64,000 nt of DNA, taken from NCBI GenBank assembly GCA_951406725.2, contig OX597821.1:65348001-65412000 (forward strand), in the 5' to 3' direction. The notes under the pieces are model-generated. The model was not told the DNA's origin and did no database searches. It was given only the letters and a program-made list of their open reading frames with translations. Source of the DNA: Octopus vulgaris. Its lineage: Eukaryota. The position numbers were made by a program, and so were the translations under genes. Below, piece after piece: positions 1-11,674 of this stretch. The number at the start of each line of letters is the position of its first letter. Position 1 is the stretch's first letter.

Positions 1-378
1 TGTCAGTGTGTGTGTGCGCGTGGGTAATGTTTAGCCGCACGGATAGAACGCTGGATTACAATGTTTCCCCATATGCCGTTTGATCTCTGCTTAAAAATTG
101 TCCGATTGACTTGTATGCCGAATGCTCTGGCATAAACCATGAATGTCAGACTCGTTGTTTTCATTTTCTTAAATTTGGATTTAGTTGTTGTCACTGCTGT
201 TGTTGTTTTTGGTGATCCCAGGTCACACACACGTGTACACAAACATTGGGTGATTATAAAGGTTCGACCATCTCTCTCCCTCTACTTCCCACTCTCACTC
301 TCTCTCTGTCTTTGTCTCTTTCTATATACATATACACATACATATGCACTTAGATATACATATGTGTGTGTGTGTGTA

Positions 379-539
379 CTGTAAAACCCCGAGTATAATC
401 CGCATTTTTCCCCCAAAATTTAAAGGTCAAAATCCCTAGTGCGTACTATATACGAGGTTAAAAATGAAAAAATATTTTCTAAACAATATCCGAGTCTCTA
501 TTTGCTCTCCGGCAATGTTTATTCAGACGCACTTTGTGA
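379..539 (+). mobile_element. Terminal fragment of a pogo/Tc2-like DNA transposon
   Basis: Starts TA|CTGTAAAACCCCGAGTATAA. About 160 bp match the reverse complement of 15770-15929, which ends TTATACTCGAGGATTTACGG|TA. Confidence 0.55.
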
Positions 540-932
540 GATCTGAACGTCATTGCGCTGACTGTGACCAGGGTGCGAGGGACAGTCACCCCAAAGGCGA
601 TCAGATCGAGATCTGAACGTCGTAGGGTTGGCTGTGGGTAGGGTGCGTGGAACAGTCACCCCAACGGCGATCAGATCGAGATCTGAACGTCGTAGGGTTG
701 GCTGTTGCCAGGGTGCGTGGAACAGTCACCCCAACGGCGATCAGATCGAGATCTGATCGTCGTAGGGTTGGCTGTGGCCAGGGAGCAAGGGACAGTCACC
801 CCAACGGCGATCAGATCGAGATCTGATCGTCGTAGGGTTGACTGTGGCCAGGGAGCGAGGGACAGTCACCCCAACGGCGATCAGATCGAGATCTGATCGT
901 CGTAGGGTTGGCTGTAGCCAGGATGCGAGGGA
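538..932. repeat. GC-rich 70-bp minisatellite, ~5.6 copies, each with a palindromic hairpin
   Basis: GAGATCTG recurs at 538, 608, 678, 748, 818 and 888. Units contain CGATCAGATC-GA-GATCTGATCG. Confidence 0.95.
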
Positions 933-1686
933 CAATTCGCGAGGTGTAGGGGTTGCTGCAGCAAGTATCGCCGGCCTTTCTCCACAACAACACCATCTCG
1001 GTCAAATCTGCAGTGTGCGGCTGAACACGCCATTTTATATTGGGTAAGCAGCCCGTTGCTCTCTCCCCCCTCCCCCTCTCTCTCTCTGTCCCTCCATCTT
1101 CTGCTGCTTAATCCCTCCCTTTTTTCACTTTTTCTGATACTTTGTTCTCTTGTAATTAAATTGTCACAAATAAAAGAAAATTTAATTACTTTCAAAATAA
1201 AAAATATAGACAACAATACATTAAAATGAAAGATAATTGGTTTTAAATGTTAAAGCTAACAGGCAGTTAACTGATGTGTAAAAGTTACTGTATATTTTAA
1301 TGTATTTCAAGTGGTAACTGATATTTTACGGTGTACATAGACCTGTTATTTGATCCGGTAATGTGGATAATTGTTCTTCCAAATAATGAGAATAGTCGCT
1401 CACCGGTGACTGATTTCTCTCAATAAATGTCTCCAACGAAATATACGTTTATTCCAATGTGGAACAAACATTCCACTGATTAATTGCTGGTAGGAACTTC
1501 GTATTTCATTTATCAACCATAATATATCAACAGGTATATTAAAGGTTCATAATTCAATACTGTATCCTATTTTATTTTCGTATTTTAAGTTTTAATCTTT
1601 GTGTTCGCGTTTACGTTCCGGTAACTTAAGCGTTTCGGCATAAGAAATCGGTAGAATAAATACCAGGATTTAAAAGAAAAAATTAA

Positions 1687-2081
1687 TGCGTAGGAGTGGC
1701 TGTATTGTAAGTAGCTTGCTTACCAATCACATGGTTCCGGGTTTATTCCTACTGCGTGGTACTTTTGGTAAGTGTCTTCTACAATAGCCTCGGGCCGACC
1801 AAAGCCTTGTGAGTGGATTTGGCAGACGGAAACTGAAAGAAGCCCGTCGTATATATGTATATATGTATATGTGTATATTTTTATGAGTCTGTGTTGGTCC
1901 CCCCAACATCGCTTGACAACTGATTGTGGTGTGTTTCCGTCCCCGTAACTTAGTGATTCGGCAAAACAGATCGGTAGAATAAGTACTAGGTTTACAAAGA
2001 ATAAGTCCTGGGGTCGATTTGCTCTACTAAAAACGGTGCTCCAACATGGCCGCAGTCAAATGACTGAAACAAGTAAAAGAA
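1687..2081 (+). mobile_element. tRNA-derived CORE-like SINE (family A)
   Basis: A/B-box-like head (AGGAGTGGCTG...GGTTCCGGGTT), CORE-like segment, internal TA/TG microsatellite and tail ...ATGACTGAAACAAGTAAAAGA. Many copies occur in the window. Confidence 0.85.
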
Positions 2082-3019
2082 TCAAAAGAAAAGAAAGGGT
2101 CTTTTCGTTCGACCAAAATTCTTCAAGGCGGGGTCCCAGTCTCGCCGCAGTCTAATAACTGAAGCAATTAAAGGACAAACCGGTGCTTTCTTTTTAAAAA
2201 AATGCTGTGATATTTGTTCTGCCCAAACAGTATAGCCAGGCGCTCCAGTATTACTTTCGCCATTCAAAATGCAGTGATTTTTTTCTCCTTTAGGAAACTA
2301 TAAACATTGATATTACTGTTCACAGAATGCGATAAAACATAATAAAAACTAAATAACGATTGCCATCTCGTTATTCCTCCCCACCTCATTACTTTCCCTC
2401 ATACCGCCGTCATAACATTAATATCTGTAACTTAAGACAAGATTGTCTTATGGTGTGAGAGGTCATCGAGTTAGGTATGAAAGGCCAATGTTGTTATAAC
2501 ATTAACAGCCTATACCGTCTCTCAAATTACTAACATAAATTTAATGTATTTGATCGATGTTATCCGAGAGATTCATATTAAAAATGAAATACAGTATTTT
2601 TTTACGCAGTATGGCCATTATTTTAGTATCAAAAATACATATTTTGTTCTTGACAGGAAGTGATTGATCTTATTTACTTATTAGAACATTGAGTCCTTGG
2701 GTTTGTTCTTGCGATTGATGATGTAGGTCTTTAATTTTTAGAATACCTCTCATAAGAAATCCTGAGATCAAACGCCGTTCAAACGCTAGTATTGTGTCTC
2801 CTCATTCCTCACAACGTATCTATCTAGGAAACATCTTTTGTTAATGTTTTGATTGTGGTTTAGGTAATTTGATTGTGTTTTTTTTATAGCTGCGTACAAA
2901 CTCACAACTTCACTCCAAAGTTCCAATATTAAAATCGCTGTTCTAAATCTTGTATTCCTGTTAGTTAATTTCATGTATTTTGAATTGTGATAAATTGAAT
3001 GTGTAATATATACCGCGAC

Positions 3020-4270
3020 CATTTCTATTTCTTTGTCCACGTTGATAATATCTGGTCTACTTGTCCGAATCGTATGGCTAATCTGTACAGTAAAGGCCCA
3101 TAAGGCCTTTACTTACCATACTCTGTTACACCCTCTTGCTGGCGTTCATACATTTTCCGCCACCTTAAAACTCCTTTGGAGTAATATGCTGTAGTGTATT
3201 GCTTTGGCTACACAGTTCTTTACTGACTCATATTTCTCGATACATGTTCCGCCCTTAGCACTTTCCACGCTTCTGTCAATTTTCGATGACATTTGCTCGC
3301 AATCATTACACATTACTGGGTATGAGTAAACCATAATGAGTTCTCCGGTTTCATTCTTCCAAGAGGCATCTTCCAAGGGGATTGCCTGTCCCCACTGATC
3401 TTTGTACTGTGCATGATGCCACTAAAACTGATTCTGGGGAAAGCAAAGGCTGTGTATGTATTCAAGAGCCGCCAACAAAAAGTCAACCATTTGTTATTCC
3501 TGGATGACCTCAAAGTTTAAGGTAAAGATGAATCCGAAATCAGTTCCCTCGTTGATACGGTGTATACTTTCAGTGCTGATATCAGAATGGAGGTCGGACT
3601 GAGAAAGTGCGGTCTGTTAGTCTTGAAGAGAGGCACAATCAATTGTATGGATACAGTAAGGGAGTGGATATAAAATAGATAGAAGCGACGGGCTATAACT
3701 ACTCGGGGATATTGGTAATTGATGGAGAAAGGGATGACAGAAAAATTAAGGGGGACTACTTGTGCAGACTGAGACTGATACTTAAGTCGAAATTTAACGG
3801 ACGGAATAAGATTGAAGCTATCAACTCCTGGATAGTTTCATTCCTTAGATATGGAGCAGGGGTAATCGCATGGACAGTAGACGAACTAAACAGCTTAGAC
3901 AGAAAAAGGAAGTTGCTAACAAGATATGGGACACTCCACCCAAAAGGTGACACAGACAGACTATACGTACCAAGAAAAAGCGGGGGAAGAGGACTTATTG
4001 GATGCGAACACAGTATTAGAGCAGAAAATAGGCAGTGTCCTTGGAAGATGTGTCTCTTGATTTCTATTGTCCCTAATCTTCTTCCATATGCTGTCAGTTC
4101 CGTCCTCCACTTCGCTATACTTTTTCTAAGTAATCGCTCAACATTCGATGCAGGACCAAATAGGTTCATACATTCCATAATCCAAGAATGTGGGATCATA
4201 TCGTATGCCTTACGATAATCAATCCATGACATGGCTAAGTTAATTTTCCTCCTCTTGCAGTCTCTAAGTA
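3020..4270 (-). mobile_element. Degenerate R4/Dong-like non-LTR retrotransposon (RT plus REL endonuclease) with an internal inversion
   Basis: Minus strand reads WIDYRKAYDMIPHSWIMECM...IFQG (4232-4031). Plus strand 3361-4030 reads RGIFQGDCLSP...HLLFLDDLK...RLYVPRKSGGRGL. Minus strand 3100-3029 reads WAFTVQISHTIRTSRPDIINVDKE (REL-type RPD motif). Stops and frameshifts are present. Confidence 0.85.
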
Positions 4271-4272
4271 CA

Positions 4273-4583
4273 TTTTTCTTCTTCTTCTTCTTCTTCTTCT
4301 TCTTCTTCTGCTTCTTCTTCTTCTTCTTTTTCTTCTTCTTCTTCTTCTTCTTCTTCTTCTTCTTCTTCTTCTTCTTCTTCTTTTTCTTTTTCTTCTTCTT
4401 CTTCTTCTTCTTCTTCTTCTTCTTTTTCTTCTTCTTCTCCTTCTTCTTCTCCTTCTTCTTCTTTTTCTTCTTCTTCTACTACCTCTTCTTCTCCTTCTTC
4501 TATTTTTCATCTTCTCTTCCTCCTCCTCCTCCTTCTTCATCATCATCATCATCATCATCTTCTTCTTTTTCTTCTTCTTCTAG

Positions 4584-4650
<67 letters not shown>
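4273..4650. repeat. Compound (TTC)n/(TCC)n/(TAT)n microsatellite
   Basis: Directly visible. Confidence 0.97.
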
Positions 4651-4651
<1 letters not shown>

Positions 4652-4761
4652 GCAACAACGTTATATTTCAAATATGTAGCATTGACCTAATAAAAGAATT
4701 GACATTATTCTTCCCTCACAGTCTCCTCCACACACACTTATGCATATCTAAACATATATCG

Positions 4762-4803
<42 letters not shown>

Positions 4804-5019
4804 CAATAATAATTCTCTAAAAGAGATATAGACAGTAACTGCTCGATAACATAAGGGACTAAAGCCATCTGAATATGGCTAGGGACAGGGGCAGGGGTGG
4901 TGGGGGTGTTACTGTTGCATTTAGCCCCAGGCGAACATCGACGTCACCAGAAAGGCTCGACACCGTCACGGTGCCCTAAACCTGCAAAGGGAGGTAATTC
5001 CCCGATGAAGCGGAAACCA

Positions 5020-5065
5020 CACACGGACCATGGTTTCAAGGTGTATTGCCTATCATCGGCGTGTG
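5020..5065 (-). ncRNA. Type I hammerhead ribozyme (inverted copy of the 359-bp unit)
   Basis: Reverse complement of the motif at 5695-5740. Confidence 0.8.
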
Positions 5066-5335
5066 GTAGGCCTCCGCTTCCTCGACGAATTCTCACTATG
5101 CAGGATTTCTTATATAGATTTTCAAGCAAAATACATTTGCTGATTTCGGCCCTGTCCCTAGCCATATTCAGATGGCTTTAGTCCCTTATGTTATCGAGCA
5201 GTTACTGTCTATATCTCTTTTAGAGAATTATTATTGCTTTCGAACAGATTTTCGAAATCAGCAAATGTATTTTGCTTGAAAATCTATATAAGAAATCCTG
5301 CATAGTGAGAATTCGTCGAGGAAGCGGAGGCCTAC

Positions 5336-5381
5336 CACACGCCGATGATAGGCAATACACCTTGAAACCATGGTCCGTATG
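5336..5381 (+). ncRNA. Type I hammerhead ribozyme, unit 1
   Basis: CACACG-CCGAUGA-UAGG(caauaca)CCUU-GAAA-CCAUGG-UC-CGUAUG, with one stem I mismatch in this copy. Confidence 0.8.
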
Positions 5382-5694
5382 TGGTTTCCGCTTCATCGGG
5401 GAATTACCTCCCTTTGCAGGTTTAGGGCACCGTGACGGTGTCGAGCCTTTCTGGTGACGTCGATGTTCGCCTGGGGCTAAATGCAACAGTAACACCCCCA
5501 CCACCCTGCCCTGTCCCTAGCCATATTCAGATGGCTTTAGTCCCTTATGTTATCGAGCAGTTACTGTCTATATCTCTTTTAGAGAATTATTATTGCTTTC
5601 GAACAGATTTTCGAAATCAGCAAATGTATTTTGCTTGAAAATCTATATAAGAAATCCTGCATAGTGAGAATTCGTCGAGGAAGCGGAGGCCTAC

Positions 5695-5740
5695 CACACG
5701 CCGATGATAGGCAATACACCTTGAAACCATGGTCCGTGTG
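5695..5740 (+). ncRNA. Type I hammerhead ribozyme, unit 2
   Basis: Stem I CACACG/CGUGUG, extended by GAAGCGGA/UCCGCUUC; core CCGAUGA...GAAA; palindromic stem III CCAUGG; GUC triplet. Confidence 0.85.
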
Positions 5741-6053
5741 TGGTTTCCGCTTCATCGGGGAATTACCTCCCTTTGCAGGTTTAGGGCACCGTGACGGTGT
5801 CGAGCCTTTCTGGTGACGTCGATGTTCGCCTGGGGCTAAATGCAACAGTAACACCCCCACCACCCTGCCCTGTCCCTAGCCATATTCAGATGGCTTTAGT
5901 CCCTTATGTTATCGAGCAGTTACTGTCTATATCTCTTTTAGAGAATTATTATTGCTTTCGAACAGATTTTCGAAATCAGCAAATGTATTTTGCTTGAAAA
6001 TCTATATAAGAAATCCTGCATAGTGAGAATTCGTCGAGGAAGCGGAGGCCTAC

Positions 6054-6099
6054 CACACGCCGATGATAGGCAATACACCTTGAAACCATGGTCCGTGTG
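6054..6099 (+). ncRNA. Type I hammerhead ribozyme, unit 3
   Basis: Identical to unit 2. Confidence 0.85.
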
Positions 6100-6412
6100 T
6101 GGTTTCCGCTTCATCGGGGAATTACCTCCCTTTGCAGGTTTAGGGCACCGTGACGGTGTCGAGCCTTTCTGGTGACGTCGATGTTCGCCTGGGGCTAAAT
6201 GCAACAGTAACACCCCCACCACCCTGCCCTGTCCCTAGCCATATTCAGATGGCTTTAGTCCCTTATGTTATCGAGCAGTTACTGTCTATATCTCTTTTAG
6301 AGAATTATTATTGCTTTCGAACAGATTTTCGAAATCAGCAAATGTATTTTGCTTGAAAATCTATATAAGAAATCCTGCATAGTGAGAATTCGTCGAGGAA
6401 GCGGAGGCCTAC

Positions 6413-6458
6413 CACACGCCGATGATAGGCAATACACCTTGAAACCATGGTCCGTGTG
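6413..6458 (+). ncRNA. Type I hammerhead ribozyme, unit 4
   Basis: Identical to unit 2. Confidence 0.85.
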
Positions 6459-6761
6459 TGGTTTCCGCTTCATCGGGGAATTACCTCCCTTTGCAGGTTT
6501 AGGGCACCGTGACGGTGTCGAGCCTTTCTGGTGACGTCGATGTTCGCCTGGGGCTAAATGCAACAGTAACACCCCCACCACCCTGCCCTGTCCCTAGCCA
6601 TATTCAGATGGCTTTAGTCCCTTATGTTATATATATATATATATATATATTCCCGCATGACAAGTGCTTGAATATGTGTGCGTGCGTGTGTACATGCATA
6701 CATACATACATATATACATACATACATACAAACATACATATATACATACATATATATATAT

Positions 6762-7178
6762 ATGGGCTGGTGACACAAACTTTCATTCACACTTTGAATT
6801 TAGTGGTACTGGTAATGCTTTGGCTCGCTCTGACACTGAGTTGAGATAATGCCTTCTAGTATCTCAAAATTTAATATACAATTATTCATAATTGTAGTAT
6901 CCTACGCCGATGAGAAAAGAAGTTTGGGTAAGGTAGAATTTTCTAATTCTTATGCTTTCCTAAAACTTGATTTCGAAACGTACGTCCGTAGGTAACTTAA
7001 AATTGTATGATAGATTGCCGTCATTTCATTCTTTCTTACCTGTCTGTGTTTGCCTTTCAAGTGCTGTGTTTTTACTGAGACCTCCCTTTTAGTAGAAGGA
7101 ATAGCTAAATCTCTTTGACTGCTATTTCTAAATTCGGTGTGTGGTGAGGCAATTTGTTGCTAAACCCTTAATTGCTTA

Positions 7179-7180
<2 letters not shown>
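6762..7180 (+). mobile_element. (TA)n-flanked non-coding element carrying an HHR
   Basis: Unique ~420 bp between two (TA)n tracts; contains the HHR at 6901-6992. Confidence 0.7.
6901..6992 (+). ncRNA. Type I hammerhead ribozyme with long stem II
   Basis: CCUACG-CCGAUGA-GAAA...UUUC-GAAA-CGUACG-UC-CGUAGG. Confidence 0.82.
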
Positions 7181-7250
<70 letters not shown>

Positions 7251-7899
7251 ATGTATATATGTCCACACATACATACGAATATACTGTATGTATGTATTGG
7301 TAATACAATTAAATGTAGTATTTAATGCATAAACACCCACATACATATGCATAAATATATACGCAGACGCTCATATCCATGTGTGTGTGTGTGTTTCAGC
7401 GTATCTGTGTACGTGTGTATCTGACTCAGATGAGTAGGGTTCCATGCTGACGTATGCTAATCAATAGAATACTAGAACACAATGGCGTCTACTATGAATT
7501 TCATAGAAGTAGGTAGAAAATAGAAGTAAAGGTTGTCGTCAGCGATAGAAAATTAAATCACACATTTGGTTATATATTGTCTACACATAAGATTCTGTAA
7601 TCGGATGTGTTCAACAGAATTGTTTGCTGTCTTACTTCTAGCTATTTCCAATCGTTCAGTACAACAGGCGGGATTCTCTTTTTTTTCTTTATTTTTTAAT
7701 CTGGTATGTCTGAGTGTAGGTATCCTAGTGTTTTGTTGTTTGTGGAATAGATAGTCACCATGACGACGACCACCACCACGACCACGACGTAGACGACGAC
7801 AAAGGTGGTGGTGATGGTGGTGCTGCTATGGCTGATGCTGATGACGGTGGTGAGAATATATGACGATATATATAAATAAATATATATATATATATATCC

Positions 7900-8105
7900 T
7901 TTCTACTAAAGGCACAAGGCCAGAAATTTAGGGGGAGGAGGAGACAAGTCGATTACATCGACTCCAGTGCGTAACTGGTACTTAATTTATCGACCTTGAA
8001 AGGATGAAAGGCAAAGTCGACCTCGGCGGAATTTGAACTCATAACGTAAGGACGGACGAAATCCTGCTAAGCATTTTGCCCGGTGCGCTAACGATTCTGC
8101 CAGCT
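7900..8105 (-). mobile_element. Nin/Deu-domain-like SINE (family B)
   Basis: Reverse complement of GAGTTCAAATTCCGCCGAGGTCGACTTTGCCTTTCATCCTTTC..GGTCGATAAATTAAGTACCAG. Confidence 0.8.
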
Positions 8106-8759
8106 CATGTGTGTGTTAGTGTGTGCGCATGCGCGTGGCATTAGAAGACGGTGTTTCCCAGAAAACTCAGCAAGAACACCCCTATACTCTTCTACTCCAG
8201 AGAATGTTAGAGGATTTTACACAAACACACAACTCTGATGACAATGCTTCCTGCAGCAGAAACAGCTGTAAGCTAATGAGGGTGATTACGTGACTCCTGT
8301 TATTTCGCCATTTAGTAATTGTTATTATGCTCGATATTCGCCTAATGCTTTATTCTTAAGCAATCACTGGAAATATGTGGACCGTGGGACATTTTAAATG
8401 ATAGGATTATCGAAAAATTACGTTGAATTTTACCAGTAGACTCATGCGACCCACTTCTCGTGAAAGGTTTCTCGTGTGTGTGTGTGTATGTATGTATGTA
8501 TGTATATATGTATGTATATATATATGTACATACACGCATACACACACGCGCGCACTCACGTATCCACGCATGCACGCACCCACACTCACTTGTATGCATG
8601 TATTAATCATTTACTATGTAAATATTCACTTCGACACTTTACTGTAAAGTTTTAATAAACAAACATTGAGCAGCACCCAGTACAATGTTAAATTGCTGAC
8701 ACGTGTATGTGTGTTTGCGTATATATATATATATATACAAATATTATGCATATACAAAT

Positions 8760-9205
8760 ATATACAAAATGGAGAAAACTTTTGATCAACAAACAAACAA
8801 ATTGTCCAACATCGGTGAATTATTTTTTAATACAAAACATAACATTTCTTACGGCCGTTTCGTCTTCCAATGTCAGTCGGCGGTTACAAAGAAAATTCCG
8901 AAAATAATATTCATCATCTTTATAGAACATTCGATCTAGTACATGGAGCTTCATCAGAGTGAATACAAATACAGAAAATAAAAGAAGGGAAGAGGGAAGA
9001 GGTAAAAAAAAACAGGACCTCGAGACGAAGCTAGAAAGCTCAATATATTCGAATCATACCATTTTGTAGTGTGAAGCTTGCAAAATGGTATGAGTCTTAT
9101 TTATTGAGCCTTCTGGCCTCATCTCCAGGCCCTGTTCTTTCTTATTTTATTTTATGTATGTGTATTCGCTCTGGTGAAGCTTCCTGTACTAGATCTAATG
9201 TTCTA
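8760..9205 (-). mobile_element. Degenerate HHR-bearing foldback element
   Basis: Inverted repeat at ~8924-9066/9079-9204. Minus strand reads CUGAUGA (8957-8951)...GAAA-CGGCCG-UA (8861-8850). Confidence 0.5.
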
Positions 9206-9239
9206 TAGTGATGTTCTATAGTAATGTTCTATAGGTTAA

Positions 9240-9500
9240 TTTTGATTTTCATCCCTTTCGCGTGCGATGAATTAAGTAGCAGTTGAGCACTGGGAGTCGA
9301 TGTACCATTTCCCCCGACATTGCTGGCCTTGTGCCAATAATTGAAATTAATCTTATTCGTAGCATGTATAATATTTTTGAACCTGTCGGTGTATGGGAAG
9401 CCTTTCAGAAGTGATCATCAATAACATGGCAATGGTGTTGGTGTTAACAGAACCGAAACTTAGATGGAGTGCGTCTTAATGATGTTGCTGTTAGTTTTGA

Positions 9501-9536
<36 letters not shown>

Positions 9537-9975
9537 TGTTGTTGTTGTGGTTAAGGCGTCGAGATGGCTCAATCGTTAACGCACCGGGCAAAAATGCTTA
9601 GCGACATTCCGTCTGTTTTTTCTTTCTGAGTTCAAATTCTGCCGAGGCCGACTTTGCCTTTCATCCTTTCGGGGTCGATAAATTAAGTACTAGTGAAACA
9701 CTGGGGCTGTTGTCCTCGACTAGTCCCCTTCCCACACATTTGAAGCGTTGTGCCTCCAGTAGAGAAGATTGTTATTATTATTGTTAAAGAGGCGAAGTGG
9801 GAGAATCATTAGCATACCGGGCAAAAAGGCTTAGCTGTATTCCGCCGAAGTCGACTTGTCCTTTCATCCGTTTTATGGTCGATAAAATAAGTACCAGTTG
9901 AGCATTGGAGTCGATGTAATCATCTTAGCCCTCCACCTCCCAAAATTACTGGATTTGTGCCAACATTAGAAACCG
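9240..9975 (+). mobile_element. Cluster of three family B SINE copies
   Basis: Repeated CCTTTCATCCTTTCGGGGTCGATAAA..AAGTAC motif. Confidence 0.75.
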
Positions 9976-10170
9976 ATATTAGTGGTAATGTAAAGGTGGT
10001 TGTGTACACGGTGATGATCGTAGCGGCGGAGTGGTGGTGCTGTTGTCTTCCCCTCCTCTTCCTCCTCCTCCTTCTTCTTCTTCTTCTTCTTCTTCTTCTT
10101 CTTCTTCTTCTTCTTCTTCTTCTTCTTCTTCTTCTTCTTCTTCTTCTTCTTCTTCTTCTTCTTCTTCTTC

Positions 10171-10353
10171 ATATTTATTAGGTGGTATGATTTCTTGTTT
10201 GTATTTGTCAGCTTCCTTAAATACTGAGAACAGTTTTTTGTTTTGCTCGTGTTTTGCCGCTATTTGTATCAGTTTTCCTTCCTTCTGAAGTAGATATTTT
10301 TGCAGTCTTATGGTGGTTATTTTATAGTAGTTTTCCAGCTGTATAAGGCCTCT
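10171..10353 (-). mobile_element. R4/Dong-like RT thumb-region fragment
   Basis: Minus frame RGLIQLENYYKITTIRLQKYLLQ...; lies between (TTC)n and (TTA)n. Confidence 0.55.
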
Positions 10354-10789
10354 ATTATTATTATTATTATTATTGAGTGAGAGAGCAGTTCATGCCATCA
10401 AAGTGACACTTCTCCTCCTCCTCCTCCTCCTCCTCCTCCTTCTTCTTCTTCTTCTTCTTCTTCTTCTTCTTCTTCTTCTTCTTCTTCTTCTTCTTCTTCT
10501 TCTTCTTCTTCTTCTTCTTCCAATCAGGACTTATGCCATTAGCCACAAAGAATAATTTCTAATTCAACCTACTCTAAGCTACTAAGAATACGTGTGGCAA
10601 CTTGAAAATCCACCCATCACACGCGGTGGACTGGCGGTTGCACGGGTGCGAAAGCTACGTTGTTATCGCCATTCCGTAAACGGTGGCTTTTAACGGGTGG
10701 AGAGCTGAACCGTCCTGGGGTACAGAGTATTCGCAATCTAGACTAGGATCTGAAAGTTTACCACACCATAGTGAGTTACACCATGCTTC

Positions 10790-10997
10790 CTTTTCTTTGT
10801 GGTAGAAGTAGGACGAAAGAGTGAGAGGAAGTTATGGTGAAAGAGTACAGGGGGTTCACCTCCCCGCACCGCCGGAGCATCGTGGAGCTTAGGTGTTTTT
10901 GCTCAATAAACACTCACAATGCCCGGTCTGGGAATCGAAACCGCGTTCTTATGACCACGAGTCCGCTGCGCTAACCATTGGGCCATTGCGCCTCCAC
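10790..10997 (-). mobile_element. tRNA-derived SINE (family C)
   Basis: Head GTGGAGGCGCAATGGCCCAATGGTTAG...GGTTTCGATTCCC; related copies at 39770-40068, 45793-45910 and 47076-47442. Confidence 0.75.
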
Positions 10998-11393
10998 CGG
11001 TGCTGTTGTTATAGGGGTTGTCATTGGCTTCTATCCACTCTATTTTTTGCGACAGTAATGTTGATAGTCAAGAGGGTATTGCTATGTTTAACCCACACCT
11101 CAAGTAATATGAGCGAATGTGTTTCACTTCTTATCAGCGTGATTTTATCTAAAGGCTTGAAAGAGGATAGCCAGAGTCATCTGCCAGGAAATGGCGGCGA
11201 TCTGATCCTGCATAAAACAATGCTTTGGGGGTCAGCCTGGTCATGTCTTCATTATGTGAAATTAGTGTATTGTACTTTAGCTCACTATCATAATGTTGTA
11301 CATTATATATACGCCCATACGCCCACACATACACTCTATACACATATGTATATATATATTATGTGTATGTATATACACACATACACATATTCA

Positions 11394-11463
<70 letters not shown>

Positions 11464-11523
11464 AAGATACATATGTGTACTATAGACATATGTATGAGTG
11501 TATATACGTATATGTAGATGTAG

Positions 11524-11556
<33 letters not shown>

Positions 11557-11674
11557 CATGCTTATTTATGTGTCTGTCTGTCTATCTTTATATCTATCTT
11601 TCGTTTAGATATACACGCTGGTGAAACAGCACCCAACATATTATATATTGGTAGAGTTTATTCGTCAAATGTAC

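Larger units (their letters stand above)
4802..6630 (+). mobile_element. Retrozyme/Penelope pLTR-like array: one inverted copy plus ~4.1 tandem 359-bp units, in (TA)n
   Basis: Near-identical units with a 359-bp period span 5149-6630. An inverted copy spans 4802-5148. (TA)n flanks both sides and each unit has an HHR. Confidence 0.9.

Noticed and set aside
538-932. Ribozyme in the 70-bp repeat
   Set aside because: CUGAACG/CUGAUCG is present but there is no GAAA or three-way junction.
5001-5040. Second, antisense HHR in the 359-bp unit (CCGAUGAAGCGGAAACC)
   Set aside because: No stem II or stem I can form; it is the complement of the extended stem I.
4897-6581. Repeated 94-aa, 61-aa and 68-aa ORFs in the 359-bp array
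   Set aside because: No recognisable domain; they recur only because the unit is repeated, and 359 is not a multiple of 3.
5149-6630. CRISPR-like array
   Set aside because: Whole units are identical with no variable spacers; the context is eukaryotic and there are no cas genes.
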